64,000 nucleotides of DNA from an uncultured bacterium (GCA_963827235.1 CAWHAE010000009.1:896001-960000), one strand, 5' to 3'. Counted from the stretch's first letter, positions 49,722 to 61,044 are shown. Notes: a model not told the origin generated them from the sequence alone. Program-made: numbers and translations.

Positions 49722-52700
49722 ATGGGGAGCTGCGTTTCCGCCCATCCGGCAAGCCGTGTGACGTACAGCCAGCAGTTTCGGCGCTGCAACAAGCCAGGCT
49801 GCCCGACCTGCGAGCTGGGATCGCCAGGCCACGGACCCTATTGGTACGCGTTCTGGCGTGAAGGCGGTCGTCGACGCTCGCGCTATGTGGGAAAGCAGCT
49901 GCCACCGGAGGCCGTGGCCGAAGCACCGTCGCAAACCACGCAGGCAAGCGATTCCCTCTACGCGCCTCTTCGTGTACGGACGCTTGGCGGTTTCGCCGTC
50001 TGGCGTGGCCCAGCTCGGTTGCCTGACGACGCGTGGGCGCAACGCAAGGCGGCAACGCTGTTGAAGTGCCTGCTCAGCGTGCCACGACACCGGATGCACC
50101 GTGAACGTCTTGCCGATATGCTCGGCCTGACGGACGAGCCTGTCGCAGCGGCGACGTATCTTCGCACGACTATCCACAGATTGCGCAAGATACTTGGGCA
50201 GCGCGCGGGTGGCCAGGGCTACGTGCGCCTGGACGGTGACCTGGTCTCGCTGGCACCTTCGCCGGACAGCCCATCGGATGGCGACTGGCTCGATGCGCTG
50301 GCATTCGAGCGGGCGGCAGCAGCGGCGCTGCACCGCGGAGACGCCGCGGCATGCCGGAAAGCGTTGGCGCTCTATGGCGGCGAGTTTCTCCCGGATGACC
50401 TCTACGACGAATGGGCGGTCACCCGGCGGGAGGAGCTGCGCCAACAGTACGTGGCAGTTCTGCTCCGGCTCGCCGGCTTACGCGAGCGAGACGGCGTTCT
50501 GGCTGAGGCGGCGCGATGCCTCCGCGGGATTCTGGCGCTCGATCCGTGCCACGAGACGGCGGCACAGGCTCTCATGCGCGTGCAGCTGTCGGCAGGCCTA
50601 GCGCCCGAGGCGGTTCGCACATATCACAGGCTGGCTGAAGCGCTTCGGCGCGATCTGGACATGGAGCCGGATGCGGAGTCGGAGACGCAATACCGCACGG
50701 CCCTTGCAAGCCGCAAAGAGGCCGCCGCACGCCGGTCGAACCTGCCGACGCTGTTGACGAGCTTCCTTGGCCGCGAGCGCGAGCTTGCCGCTCTGCAGCG
50801 GTTGTTCGCCGACGAAGCGGACGCGACAGGTTCCCCTACATGCCGGCTGCTTACCCTGACGGGTGCAGGCGGCTGCGGCAAGACGCGGTTGGCAATCGAG
50901 TTCGGCCACGAGCTACGCAGCGCGTTTGCAGACGGCCTCTGGATGGTGGAGCTCGGCGGACTGACGCCAAACAACGAGCCGGATGCCGATCTTGTTGCAC
51001 GCCAGGCCGCGGAAGCGGCGGGAGTGCGTCTCGACCCGGGGTTGTCTGCGCGGCAGGCGCTTGCTGCCGCACTGCAATCCCGTCGAGTACTGTTCATCCT
51101 CGACAACTGCGAGCACATGATCCCGGCCAGCGCCCAATTCGTCGTCACGGTCTTGCAGCAATGTCCGGACATGCGGATCCTGGCTACAAGCCGGGAAGCG
51201 CTCGGCGTGATCGGGGAGACGGTTTGGCGCCTGTCCTCACTGTCAGTGCCACGTGCCCGCCAGGGGGCCGCCCTCGCCGTGCACGAGCTCAGCCACTATG
51301 CCGGCGTGCACCTGCTCGTGGAGCGCGCGCGGCTCGTCGCCCCCGGCTTCGCCTTGACGCTCGACAACTGCCGCGCGGTGGCGGCCATTTGTTCGCGGCT
51401 GGACGGCATCCCACTGGCCATCGAGCTGGCCGCGGCTCGCCTTGGACAGATCTCGCCCAGTGCGCTGGCTGATCGGCTCCACGATAGGTTCCTCCTCCTC
51501 ACGGCAGGAAACCGGGCTGGGTTGCCGCGTCACCGGACGCTGGGCGCCATAATGGATTGGAGCTATGAGCTGCTCGACGATCAGGAGAAGGCCCTCCTGC
51601 GCACACTCTCGGTCTTCGCGGGCGGCTTCACGCTCGAGGCGGTCGAAGCCGTATGTGCGGGCGGCACCCTGAAGACGGCGAGCATCTCCGAATTGATCGC
51701 CCGTTTGGCGAGCAAGTCCCTGCTCCAGATCGACGACCTTCCCGAGCCGTCCTGCCGATACCGCCTACTGGAAACGGTACGCTACTATGCCGCTCAGCGC
51801 CTGCGCGAGCAGGGTGAGGAGATGCGCGCGCGTCGCGATCAACTTCACTGGTGCCTGGACCTGGCCGAGCGTCTACTGCCGCGTCTGGACGGCCGGGACC
51901 GTGTGCTTGTCCTTGAGCAGCTGGAAGCCGAGCACGACAATCTGCGCTCGGCTCTGGAGTGGAGCGTGCGGGAGGGCAACGACTGGGAGGCGGGTTTGCA
52001 GCTGGCGGGCGCACTCTGGCCTTTTTGGTCGGCTCGCAGCCATTGGATCGAAGGCCGTTCCTGGTTATCGGCCGCGCTGGCATGGACAGGAGGCACAGCC
52101 GCCGTCCGGTTGCGAGCGCTGCACGGATTGGGGCACTTTGCCATCAACCAGGGCGACGCCGCGTTCACTCGCTCCGTCTACGAGGAGTACCTTGCGATAG
52201 GTCGGGCAGTGAACAACAACTCGGCCATAGCCAACGCTCTGAACGGGCTCGCCAACGTCGCAAGGTTCCAGGGCGATCGAGAGACAGCAACCGCGCTGTA
52301 CACGGAATCGCTCGAGCGCTACCAAACAACCGGCGATACGACGAATATCGCGAGAGTGTTGCACAACCTCGCCCTCGTGGCACAGGAAGAAGGCGACTAT
52401 GCCCGCGCGATTCGCCTGAACGAGCAGTGCCTGGCGCATCGTCGATTGCTCAACGAACGCCACCACATCGGCTACACGCTGCTCAACCAAGCCGTCTGTA
52501 CCCGCCTGGCAGGCGACTCGCGAAGAGCGGCAGCGCTACTGGAGAGCGTGTTGGTCCGATTTGAGGAGCTCGGCGACGTGGCCGGCAGCTCGGCCGCACA
52601 TAGCGAGCTTGGTCGTATCTGTTGCGACAATGGCGAATTCGCCGAAGCGGCAGCCCACCTATGTGCGAGCCTCGAGGGCTATCGTGCACTTGGCGAGCGC

Positions 52701-52985
52701 CTGTCCATGGCCGAAGTTCTCCAGAATTGGGCGGTGATGACGGCGCTGTGCGGGAATCCCGGGCAAGCGGTGCGCTTGCTGGGCGCGGCGGATTCGGCCC
52801 GTGCCGCGATCGGTCATGCGCTACCTCCTGGTCTGCAACGGGTGTTCGAGGCCGATATCACACTCGCGCGAACCTTGGTGGGCTCGGACGCCGTCTTCGC
52901 GGCGAAGTGGGCGGAAGGCCAATCGGCATCCTTGGATGAGGTGGTCGGCGAGATGCTGACGCACGAAGTAGACGCACGGGCATGA
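49722..52985 (+). CDS. AfsR/SARP-type regulator: DUF6788-like Cys/His domain, wHTH, BTAD, NB-ARC-like ATPase, TPR repeats
   Basis: RRCNKPGCPTC...GHGPYWY; ALALYGGEFL (BTAD); GAGGCGKT, LDNCEH, LDGIPLAIELAAAR; C-terminal TPRs. Confidence 0.92.
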   Translation: MGSCVSAHPASRVTYSQQFRRCNKPGCPTCELGSPGHGPYWYAFWREGGRRRSRYVGKQLPPEAVAEAPSQTTQASDSLYAPLRVRTLGGFAVWRGPARLPDDAWAQRKAATLLKCLLSVPRHRMHRERLADMLGLTDEPVAAATYLRTTIHRLRKILGQRAGGQGYVRLDGDLVSLAPSPDSPSDGDWLDALAFERAAAAALHRGDAAACRKALALYGGEFLPDDLYDEWAVTRREELRQQYVAVLLRLAGLRERDGVLAEAARCLRGILALDPCHETAAQALMRVQLSAGLAPEAVRTYHRLAEALRRDLDMEPDAESETQYRTALASRKEAAARRSNLPTLLTSFLGRERELAALQRLFADEADATGSPTCRLLTLTGAGGCGKTRLAIEFGHELRSAFADGLWMVELGGLTPNNEPDADLVARQAAEAAGVRLDPGLSARQALAAALQSRRVLFILDNCEHMIPASAQFVVTVLQQCPDMRILATSREALGVIGETVWRLSSLSVPRARQGAALAVHELSHYAGVHLLVERARLVAPGFALTLDNCRAVAAICSRLDGIPLAIELAAARLGQISPSALADRLHDRFLLLTAGNRAGLPRHRTLGAIMDWSYELLDDQEKALLRTLSVFAGGFTLEAVEAVCAGGTLKTASISELIARLASKSLLQIDDLPEPSCRYRLLETVRYYAAQRLREQGEEMRARRDQLHWCLDLAERLLPRLDGRDRVLVLEQLEAEHDNLRSALEWSVREGNDWEAGLQLAGALWPFWSARSHWIEGRSWLSAALAWTGGTAAVRLRALHGLGHFAINQGDAAFTRSVYEEYLAIGRAVNNNSAIANALNGLANVARFQGDRETATALYTESLERYQTTGDTTNIARVLHNLALVAQEEGDYARAIRLNEQCLAHRRLLNERHHIGYTLLNQAVCTRLAGDSRRAAALLESVLVRFEELGDVAGSSAAHSELGRICCDNGEFAEAAAHLCASLEGYRALGERLSMAEVLQNWAVMTALCGNPGQAVRLLGAADSARAAIGHALPPGLQRVFEADITLARTLVGSDAVFAAKWAEGQSASLDEVVGEMLTHEVDARA

Positions 52986-53009
52986 ACCGGGATCGTGGCG
53001 AGGTGCCGC

Positions 53010-53195
53010 GCTTATACGTTCGCCTCTACAGGTACGCCTGCACCAACTTTCTCTCTCGCGAGCGGCTCACGGGCGTTCCTCACCATCAACTCGACCACCG
53101 GGGCGGCGAGCGGCACGGTTCCCACGGGCATCAGCTGGCTCAGCTATTCGGTAGAGGCGGCCAATGCCGCGGGATCGGTGACCGCAGGGCCACAG
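53010..53195 (+). pseudogene. Remnant of a putative Ig (He_PIG-like) domain
   Basis: YTFASTGTPAPTFSLASG...LTINSTTGAASGT...YSVEAANAAGS, with no signal peptide or gene context. Confidence 0.6.
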
Positions 53196-53757
53196 AGTAG
53201 CAGAACTGCATGGTGCTGTGATGGCCCGTGGATTTAGGGGGATTGGGCGATATCCCCGACGTCCGCCAGGGACAGTGGTAGATCTGCAGGCGCTGGTTTG
53301 CTGGGCTGTCCACAATCGGGTGCCTGTCAAAGGCTGCTGTGCCATAGGATGATCGCGTAAGAGTTGTCGCTCGCGGTGGTAAGGATGTGGTCATGATCCG
53401 TGAATCTGGGCGTCACGCTCTTGTTGATCATCCGCCTGCGACGCGGCAGTGGGCTGCACCGGCGCGGCCACCAAGGCCGATGGCGGTGCGGGTCGGACCG
53501 CCGCGCATCGCACCTGAAGCGCGGCAGGCGTGGGAGCGGTCCTCCTGGGAGGCCCCGGTGACTTCCGGCGTCTGGGGGGTGTTGCGGCGGGTGATCCGAA
53601 CCATGTGGGCCGACTGAACGGTCGGTCTCACTTGCCCGTCCTGCTCGGCAGAGTGCGCGCAGGGTTCCTTGGTGTTGCGGCAACTTAGGGACGTGGCCAC
53701 GCCGGCTGCAAAATCGGGGCCAAGCAGCGCACGTTGCATTCCTTCTCCCGGCTGCTG

Positions 53758-54666
53758 TCAGGCGAGCGCAGCTTCAGCCAGCGGTGCAGCGTGGCGCACA
53801 AGCTTGCTAAGGCTTGTGAGCACGGCCAGCAGCAGAACCACGGCCGAGAACACCAGCACCGTCGAACGCTGCCGATACGCTCGAGCAGGATGCCGGCGAG
53901 TGCAGCGCCAAGGGGTTGGGTGCCTAGAGCGAGCAGGCGGAACACGCTGTTCACGCGCCTCTGCAACTCGTCCGGGATGATGCGCAGGCGGTAGGAGTAT
54001 TGGATGGCGTTATAGATGGGTCCGGTGAGGAATACTCCGGCCAGGACGGCTCCGAGCAACAGGGGGCTGGGTACAAGCGCCAGGATCGGCCAGAGGAGCG
54101 CGGTCAGCCAGACGGTGCCGGCGATCACCTGACCGAAGCGATAACGGCGCTGGAGACGGGGCGCCAGCAGGGAGCCGACGAGGCCGCCAATACTGGCGAT
54201 TGAGAAGATGAGACCTATCGCGGCCGGGGGAACGTGGTGCTGACGAGCCACCACGATCACGATGAGGTCGATGGCTGCGTTACAGAAATTGAGCCCGCCG
54301 GTCAGGAAGGCCATGTAGCGGATCAGGGGCTGTCGCCATAACCAGAGAAGGCCTTCCGCGATCTCGACTCGCAACGCACGTGGTGCAGCCGTCCGTGTCG
54401 CCTGAAAGGGCGTGCGGATGAGGCGGAGCGAGGCAACTGACGCGGCATAGGATACGGCATCGACGAGGAATGGCACAGCGCGCGCCACGCTGAACAAGAC
54501 TCCGCCGAGCGGCGGGGCGATCAATCCCGCGGTGATCTGGCCGCCCTCATTCTGGGCCGTGGCAACGGGCAGTTGTTCCGCGGGAACGACGCGTGGGAGA
54601 CAGGCGGCCTCGGCAATGTTGAAGAAGACGAAGAGCGTGCCGCCGATCAGGGCCGTCGCGTAGAGT
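53758..54666 (-). pseudogene. MFS transporter, 5'-truncated (also frameshifted near 53870)
   Basis: Open frame starts mid-protein at LYATALIGGTLFVFFNIAEAACLPRVV directly after an in-frame stop; the first TM helices are missing. Confidence 0.75.
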
Positions 54667-54730
54667 TAGGGACAAGGGTCAACCTAGGTGGGGAACGCGG
54701 AGGCTCTGTAGAGGATTCGCCCCCAATGCC

Positions 54731-56668
54731 TCACTCGACGGCGATCAGGAGCTCCGGATCGAGAACCAGAGCTACGCCGCCGTCGGCAAGCACGGCGGCG
54801 CCCGCGATGCCGTCCGAGGCCAGGCAGGCGTCCAGTGGCCGTATGGTGACCTGCTGCCGCTGGCCGATGGCGTCCACGATCAGTCCGCAGGATCGCCCGC
54901 GCAGGGCCAGCACTACAATCTCGCGCGTCGTGGCGCCGTCGCCAGCTTCGCCCAAGCCGAGCAGCGCGGAGAGCGACAGCAGCGGCACGAGCCGTTCGTC
55001 GCTGACCACGACGCCGTGGCCCCCGGCTCGCCGCACAGTGCTCGCCTGCACAGAGAGCGACTTGCGTACCACGTCGATCGGAATGGCATAGCGCTCGCCA
55101 GCCGCTTCGACCAGCAGGACGTCCTGGGCCGACACGCAAACAGGCAGGCGCATGGCGATGCGCGTGAACGTTCCCGGCTCCGAGGCCACGGTGACCTCGC
55201 CGCCCAGCCGGCCGACGTTGGCGTGCACGACATCGAGGCCGACTCCGCGCCCCGATATCTCGGTCACCGTGTTAGCCGTGCTGAAGCCGGGACGAAACAG
55301 CAGGCCGTAGGTGGCAGCGGTCGAGAGCGATGCCGCTTCTTCGCGCGAGATGATTCGCCTTGCGATCGCCGTTTCACGCACGGTCTCCAGGCTAATGCCG
55401 CGCCCGTCGTCTTCTATCGTGATCACGACGAAGTTCCCTTCCCGGGACGGACGCACCTGCACCAGCCCATACGGATCCTTTCCGGCTGCCACACGTTCGT
55501 CCGCCGGCTCCAGGCCATGATCCACGGCGTTGCGCACCATATGCAGCAGCGGGTCGGTGATTGCTTCCGCCACGCCCTTGTCTATCTCCGTATCGGTGCC
55601 GTGCGTCTCGAATCTGACGCGCTTGCCGGTGCGCGCCGCCACGTCGCGCGCCACGCGCGGCAGTCGCCGGAAGATGGCGTCGAGCTGGATGAGGCGCAGA
55701 TCCAACGTGGATCGCTGCAGCTCGTCGACCATGCGCCCAAGGCTGAAGGCCAACGCTCTGCCGTTCGCGCACACGCCGTCGCCAAGCCCGGCGCAGTCCA
55801 GCGAAGCGATGAAGCGCTGCAGGCTGTGCCTCATAGCGACGAGCTCGCCTGCTTGGTCGACGATCTTGTCAATGCGCTCGGCCGCCACGCGCACGAAGTG
55901 GGCATGGACGGGACTTGCTGCCGCGGGTTCCGCCGGGGCAAGCGAAGCGGACGAGCTCATGGCCGGATCGACGGGTTGCGCGACGGCCGGGCCGGTACGG
56001 TTCCCGGCCAGCAAAGCGTCCAGACGCTCGAGCAGGACGCCGGCCATTGCCGCGACCGCATCGGCGGGCGGTCCCGCCTCTACCAATATCGTCTCAAGGT
56101 CGCGGCGTGAGGCATAGGCTGCCGCCGCACGCAGTGCGTTGAGCACGCCGCCGTAGCTCGCGCGCGCGGCGGGGTCTGCCGGATCGCGCTTCAGGCGCTC
56201 GATCGCCGTGCGTAACGTGTCGCACTGGCGGCGCACCACGCTCTCGAACGCTTCCCGCAGGGCAGCGTCCGCGTCGTACGCGGCGGCGGCCGGACGGCCG
56301 CCCGTCTCGAGCGCATCCAGCAGGGCGGCAGGAACCTGTGCCGGTTCGTCGGGCCGCGCCAGCAGCTGTCGGAGCGCGTCGAGGCCGGCAAACAGTGCGG
56401 CCACGCGTTCCTGGCTGGCGGCCGGACCGCCGGCGGCCCGCTGGGCGGCCTGCTCGAGGGCGTGGGCCAGGGTCTGAATCGGCGCCAGGGCAAGGTAGCC
56501 CGCGGCACCCTTGATGGTATGCATGGCACGCATGAATTCTTCCTGCGCCGCGCCATCCAGTACCGTCGCCTCGCCGCGAACGAGAGCCTCTTCTGCCACG
56601 TCCAGGTGTTCCAGGGCTTCGGCGACGAACTCGGCCATGAAGCGGGAGCGAGCCTGCTCATTCTCCAT
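54731..56668 (-). CDS. cheA: Chemotaxis histidine kinase CheA (downstream copy)
   Basis: Hpt MHTIKG; HMVRNAVDHG, DDGRG, GFSTA, SGRGVGLDVV; C-terminal CheW-like domain. Confidence 0.92.
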   Translation of the reverse strand: MENEQARSRFMAEFVAEALEHLDVAEEALVRGEATVLDGAAQEEFMRAMHTIKGAAGYLALAPIQTLAHALEQAAQRAAGGPAASQERVAALFAGLDALRQLLARPDEPAQVPAALLDALETGGRPAAAAYDADAALREAFESVVRRQCDTLRTAIERLKRDPADPAARASYGGVLNALRAAAAYASRRDLETILVEAGPPADAVAAMAGVLLERLDALLAGNRTGPAVAQPVDPAMSSSASLAPAEPAAASPVHAHFVRVAAERIDKIVDQAGELVAMRHSLQRFIASLDCAGLGDGVCANGRALAFSLGRMVDELQRSTLDLRLIQLDAIFRRLPRVARDVAARTGKRVRFETHGTDTEIDKGVAEAITDPLLHMVRNAVDHGLEPADERVAAGKDPYGLVQVRPSREGNFVVITIEDDGRGISLETVRETAIARRIISREEAASLSTAATYGLLFRPGFSTANTVTEISGRGVGLDVVHANVGRLGGEVTVASEPGTFTRIAMRLPVCVSAQDVLLVEAAGERYAIPIDVVRKSLSVQASTVRRAGGHGVVVSDERLVPLLSLSALLGLGEAGDGATTREIVVLALRGRSCGLIVDAIGQRQQVTIRPLDACLASDGIAGAAVLADGGVALVLDPELLIAVE

Positions 56669-56762
56669 GCGATTTCCCTGGCCCGGTGAGACGGGCCGGC
56701 CACGCGAGTGGTTCCTCCTGCACGAACGGGGGCGCCTGCTCAGCGAGCTCTGCCACGGCGAC

Positions 56763-57698
56763 TCACTTTCGGTACACGATCTGGCCGGCCATGCGGACCG
56801 GCTCGAAGCCAGTGGTGATGCGGCTCACCGATTCGGAGTGACCCAGGAAGATATAGCCGCCTGGCCGCAGGGCGCCATGCAAGAGCTCTACCGCCCGGCG
56901 GCGCGCCGCTTCGTCGAGATAGATCAGGACGTTGCGGCAGAAAATGAAATCCTGATTGCGGATATCCAGTGCCGCGGATTCGTCGAGCACGTTGGCGTGG
57001 CGGAACTCGACTATGCGGGCGATGGACCGGTCCACGCGGAAGCTCTCGCCGTCCCGTCGGAAGTAGCGTTGTCTGTATACGTCCGGCACGTCCTTGAGTG
57101 ATCGCTCGCCGTAGCGGGCGCCGCGGGCGACGTCCAGGACTGCCTTGCAGATGTCGGTGGCGGTGATGTCGAACGTCCAGCGATCGAGGTCCTCGATCAT
57201 CTCGCGCAGGATGATCGCCAGGGTGTAGGGCTCTTCTCCGGTCGCGCAGCCGGCGGACCACAGGCGCAGGTGCGTGTTGTCGCGCGCCCGCTTCTGCTGC
57301 AGTACTTCCTGGAGGCAGTTCTCGGCGAACACTTTGAGCTGAGGATACTCGCGAAAGAAGTAGGTCTCGTTCACGGTCAGTGCTTCGCAGAGAAGCTCCA
57401 GCTCGCGTCCGTCGTCACCGTAACGCAGCCCGTGGTAGTAGTCGAGCGCACTGCTCGCGCCGGTCTCCTCGATACGCTGCTGGAGGCGGCGCTCAACGAA
57501 GTAGGTCTTGCGTTCGTCGAAAGAGAGTCCGGACCTGGCGTAGACCAGGTCGCAGAAGAGCGCGTACAGCGCGGGATCGAGTGGCGGCATCGCACCGGCA
57601 CCGTCCCCGGTCTCGGCACCCGAGGGCACGGCCGGGTCCGCCAGGCAGCCGCGAGCGGGGCGGCTCATGACCTCGCAGTCCCGCCACGCCCGCCGCAT
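56763..57698 (-). CDS. cheR: Chemotaxis methyltransferase CheR (start uncertain)
   Basis: TVNETYFFRE, WSAGCATGEEPYT, IFCRNVLIY, LGHSES. Confidence 0.95.
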   Translation of the reverse strand: MRRAWRDCEVMSRPARGCLADPAVPSGAETGDGAGAMPPLDPALYALFCDLVYARSGLSFDERKTYFVERRLQQRIEETGASSALDYYHGLRYGDDGRELELLCEALTVNETYFFREYPQLKVFAENCLQEVLQQKRARDNTHLRLWSAGCATGEEPYTLAIILREMIEDLDRWTFDITATDICKAVLDVARGARYGERSLKDVPDVYRQRYFRRDGESFRVDRSIARIVEFRHANVLDESAALDIRNQDFIFCRNVLIYLDEAARRRAVELLHGALRPGGYIFLGHSESVSRITTGFEPVRMAGQIVYRK

Positions 57699-57699
57699 G

Positions 57700-58797
57700 C
57701 TAAGCCAGTCTCCTCACGGCGCGCCGGATCTGCATGGCGATCTGCGTGCAGGGAGCGACAATCGCGGCCCCGCCGCGTGCGATTGCCTCGCGCGGCATGC
57801 CGAACACGACTGCGGATTCCTCCGACTCGGCAATGGTGATGCCGCCGGCGCCCCGGATCTGCACCATGCCGTTTGCTCCATCGCTGCCCATGCCGGTCAG
57901 CAGCACGCCCACTGCCCGATCCCGGCAGATCGTTGCCACCGAGTCGAAGAGGACGTCGACGGAGGGGCAGAACTGCGTGCCCGTGGGCAGCGCGCTGAGG
58001 TGCGCGCAGAAATGCAGGTCGCTCGTGCGTTGGGTGACAGTCAGATGGCTTCCGCCGGGAGCGAGATAGGCGCAGCCGGGCCTCAGCGGCTCCATATCGG
58101 CGGCCTCCTTCACGCTCAAGGCAGAATGGTCGTCCAGACGCCTGGCCAGGGAGGCGGTGAAGAGCGGCGGCATATGCTGCACGATCAGCACCGGAGCCGG
58201 GAAATCCTCCGGCAGGAGCGGCAGGATCTCCATCAGCGTCTGCGGTCCACCGGTCGAGACGCCAATGGCCACGGTCATAGCGCTGTCGGCCGGCGGGCCC
58301 TTGGCGGCGCCGGGGCCATGCGGCAGACGTGTCACGCGCCGCAAGTCGCCGCCTGCCCGGGGGCGAAGCCGCGCCCGGGCTGCCATGCGCACTTTCTCCA
58401 CGATCTCGCCGGTATGCCGCTCGATGTCGAGCGAGACGGCTCCCGACGGCTTGGCGACGAAATCGACGGCACCCAGGGACAGGGCCTCGAACGTAGCCTG
58501 CGCGCCTTCCTGGGTCAGCGAGCTCACCATGAGGCAGGGCGTGGGCCGAGTCATCATGATCGTGGCCAGGGCGGTGAGACCGGATATGCCCGGCATGTTG
58601 ATGTCGAGGGTGACCACGTCGGGCTGCAGCTCCGACACCTTACGCACCGCCTCGCCGCCGTCGCGGGCAGTGCCGGCTACTATCATGTCGCTCGCGCCTT
58701 CCACGATGGCGCTGATCTGCCGGCGCATGAACGCGGAGTCGTCGACCACCAGGACCCGGATCATCCCCGTTTCTCGATCGGCCATCGGGACCTTCAC
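57700..58797 (-). CDS. cheB: Chemotaxis methylesterase CheB (REC plus esterase)
   Basis: VDDSAFMR, GVSTGGP, VQHMP, PSVDVLF, LTGMGSDGA, VFGMP. Confidence 0.96.
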   Translation of the reverse strand: MKVPMADRETGMIRVLVVDDSAFMRRQISAIVEGASDMIVAGTARDGGEAVRKVSELQPDVVTLDINMPGISGLTALATIMMTRPTPCLMVSSLTQEGAQATFEALSLGAVDFVAKPSGAVSLDIERHTGEIVEKVRMAARARLRPRAGGDLRRVTRLPHGPGAAKGPPADSAMTVAIGVSTGGPQTLMEILPLLPEDFPAPVLIVQHMPPLFTASLARRLDDHSALSVKEAADMEPLRPGCAYLAPGGSHLTVTQRTSDLHFCAHLSALPTGTQFCPSVDVLFDSVATICRDRAVGVLLTGMGSDGANGMVQIRGAGGITIAESEESAVVFGMPREAIARGGAAIVAPCTQIAMQIRRAVRRLA

Positions 58798-61044
58798 AGA
58801 CTTCGCGCGGTTCGCGCGTGGGCAAGAGCCGCGGCGGCGACTCCGGCCGGATCGAGCGCGAGCGCGACGCGCCCGTCGCCCAGCACCGAGGCCCCGGCGA
58901 TGGCGCCGCCGGCGCTGAGATAGCCGTCGACAGGCTTGACCATGATTTCCTGCGGTGGATCGAGCTCATCGACCACGAGTCCGATCCACTGGCCGTCTGC
59001 TTCCACGACAACCACCTGCCATCCCTCGCCGGCATCCGGGCAATCGCAGTCGCCCTGGGACAATCCCAGCGCGTTCGCCAGGGAGACCAGACCGACCAGC
59101 AGGCCGCGCATGGGCACCACCGGGCGGCCGTGGATCGTTCGGCAGCCGGCCGGCTCGACTGCCTCGGTGGCGCGCACTGCGTCCAGCGGCAGGGCGAACG
59201 AACCGTCCCCGGCCCGGACGATCAGGGCGCGGAACACGGAGAGCGTCAGCGGCAGATGCAAGTGGGCAGTGGTGCCCATGCCCTGATTCGAGCTCAGGTG
59301 CACGGATCCGCCCGTGCGGGCAATGTTGCTTCGCACCACGTCCATGCCCACGCCGCGACCCGAGATATCCGAGACTTCGGTGGCGGTGGAGAGCCCGCTG
59401 GCAAAGACGAGATCGAGCGCTTCCGCGTCGGTAAGCTGTGCGGCGGCGGTGGGTTCGAGCATCCCTTTGCGAACTGCGGCGGCGATGACGCGCTGCCGAT
59501 CGATGCCGGCGCCGTCATCCCTGATCTCCACCGCCACGCTGTTGCCTTCGCGCCAGGCGACGATGTCCACGTGGCCGGTCTCGCTCTTGCCCGCCGCGCG
59601 GCGCGAGTCTGGTGTCTCAATGCCGTGGTCCACCGCGTTGCGCACCAGGTGAATGAGCGGGTCAATCAGGGCGTCGGCCACCGTCTTGTCGAGCTCGGTG
59701 TCTTCGCCGGTCAAGCGGAGCTCCACGAGCTTGCCCTGCCGGTGTGCCACATCGCGCACGATGCGGGGGAGGCGCTGAGAGACGGTGCGCAAGGGGATCA
59801 TGCGCAGGCTAAGCACATCGGCCTGGAGCTGGCCCACGGCGCGGTTCACCGTCGCCGTGGTCTCCTTGATACGGCGGGTGAGTCGGGGATCGCCGAATTC
59901 GACCTCGATGAAGTGCTGCAAGTGGAGGAGCGCGTTTCGCGCGGTGACCAACTCTCCGACCTGATTGATCAGCGCGTCGAGGCGCGCCTGCTTCACGCGG
60001 ATGGTGCGGTCCTCGTCGCTCGTGGTCCGTGCTTCGCCCTCTGCCGCCGCCGCCTGACCCCGCTGCGTGTCGAGGGCTCGTCGTAGCGCCTCCGGCTCGA
60101 CGGCATTGTCCTCGACGAGGATCTCGCCCAGCCGCCTCCAGGAGCCGTCGTTCGCCGGTTCCGTGGCGACAGGCCCGCGAACGTCGGGTGCTGCCGAATC
60201 GGCCGGGTCGAGGCGCACAATCTGTACCGCCGACGAGGCAGGACAGAATTCGAAGACGGCGCGCAGATCGGCATCGGTACCGGTAGTCATGGCGATGGTC
60301 TCGAAGCCGAGATAGCACTTGACCGGGTCCATGTCGCTCAGATCGGGCAAGCGGTCCAGCAGTGGAGTCGTGCCGACGAGCGTCGCTTCCTCGGCCAGGG
60401 CGCCGAGGAGGGCGATGGGGTCCAGTCCGCGCGCGAAGGCGTCGCCGGAGAGCGTGAAACCGACGAAGAAGAGCGTGGCACCGCCGCTCACACCGCCTGC
60501 AAGCTGTTGCAGCGGCTGCTCGGAGATCTGCAAGTGGGAGGCAGGCAACCGGCCACGAGCGGTGGGCTCCTTGTGGGCGCCGGCCGGGCTACCGGTATCG
60601 GCCGGCGGGGTCGTGGTGCTGAACGCGGCGGACAACATGGCGAGACAGGCAGCGCAGTCGGGCAGGGCGCCGGCGTATCGCTCGGCAGACAACAGGGCGC
60701 GGAGTGTGTCGATACAGGCGAGAAGCGCGCTGAGGCCGTCCGGGTTGAGCGTGCACCGGTGTGCGGATGGAGTCGAGGGAGCTCTCTACCTGGTGCGTGA
60801 ACGAGGCAATCTCCTGGCAGCCGACGCCGGCGGCCGAACCCTTGATCGTGTGCGCGGCCCGGAAGGCGGAGGCAAGCACCGCCTCGTCGGACGGCGCTTG
60901 CTCGAGCGCCAGGAGCGCAGACTCCAGGTCATCGACCAGCGTCGCGGCCTCATCCAGAAAGGTCTCGCGAAACTGCGCTTTGATCTCGGGCGTGAGGCCT
61001 GTACCAGATTCCCCGGCCGATCGCGGGCTGACCATCGTCGTCAT
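58794..61044 (-). CDS. cheA: Chemotaxis histidine kinase CheA (upstream copy; frameshift near 60750)
   Basis: Hpt FRAAHTIKGSA in ORF 60589-61044; P2-like region, HLVRNAVDHG, SGRGVGMDVV and CheW-like domain in ORF 58794-60692. Confidence 0.92.

Noticed and set aside
14384-61044. Frameshifts in leuS, folC, pfkA, cheA, LysR, two MFS genes and the fourth operon gene as programmed frameshifting or pseudogenes
   Set aside because: They are scattered single-base indels, including in essential leuS, with both halves intact and no shared slippery motif; long-read consensus error is the simpler explanation
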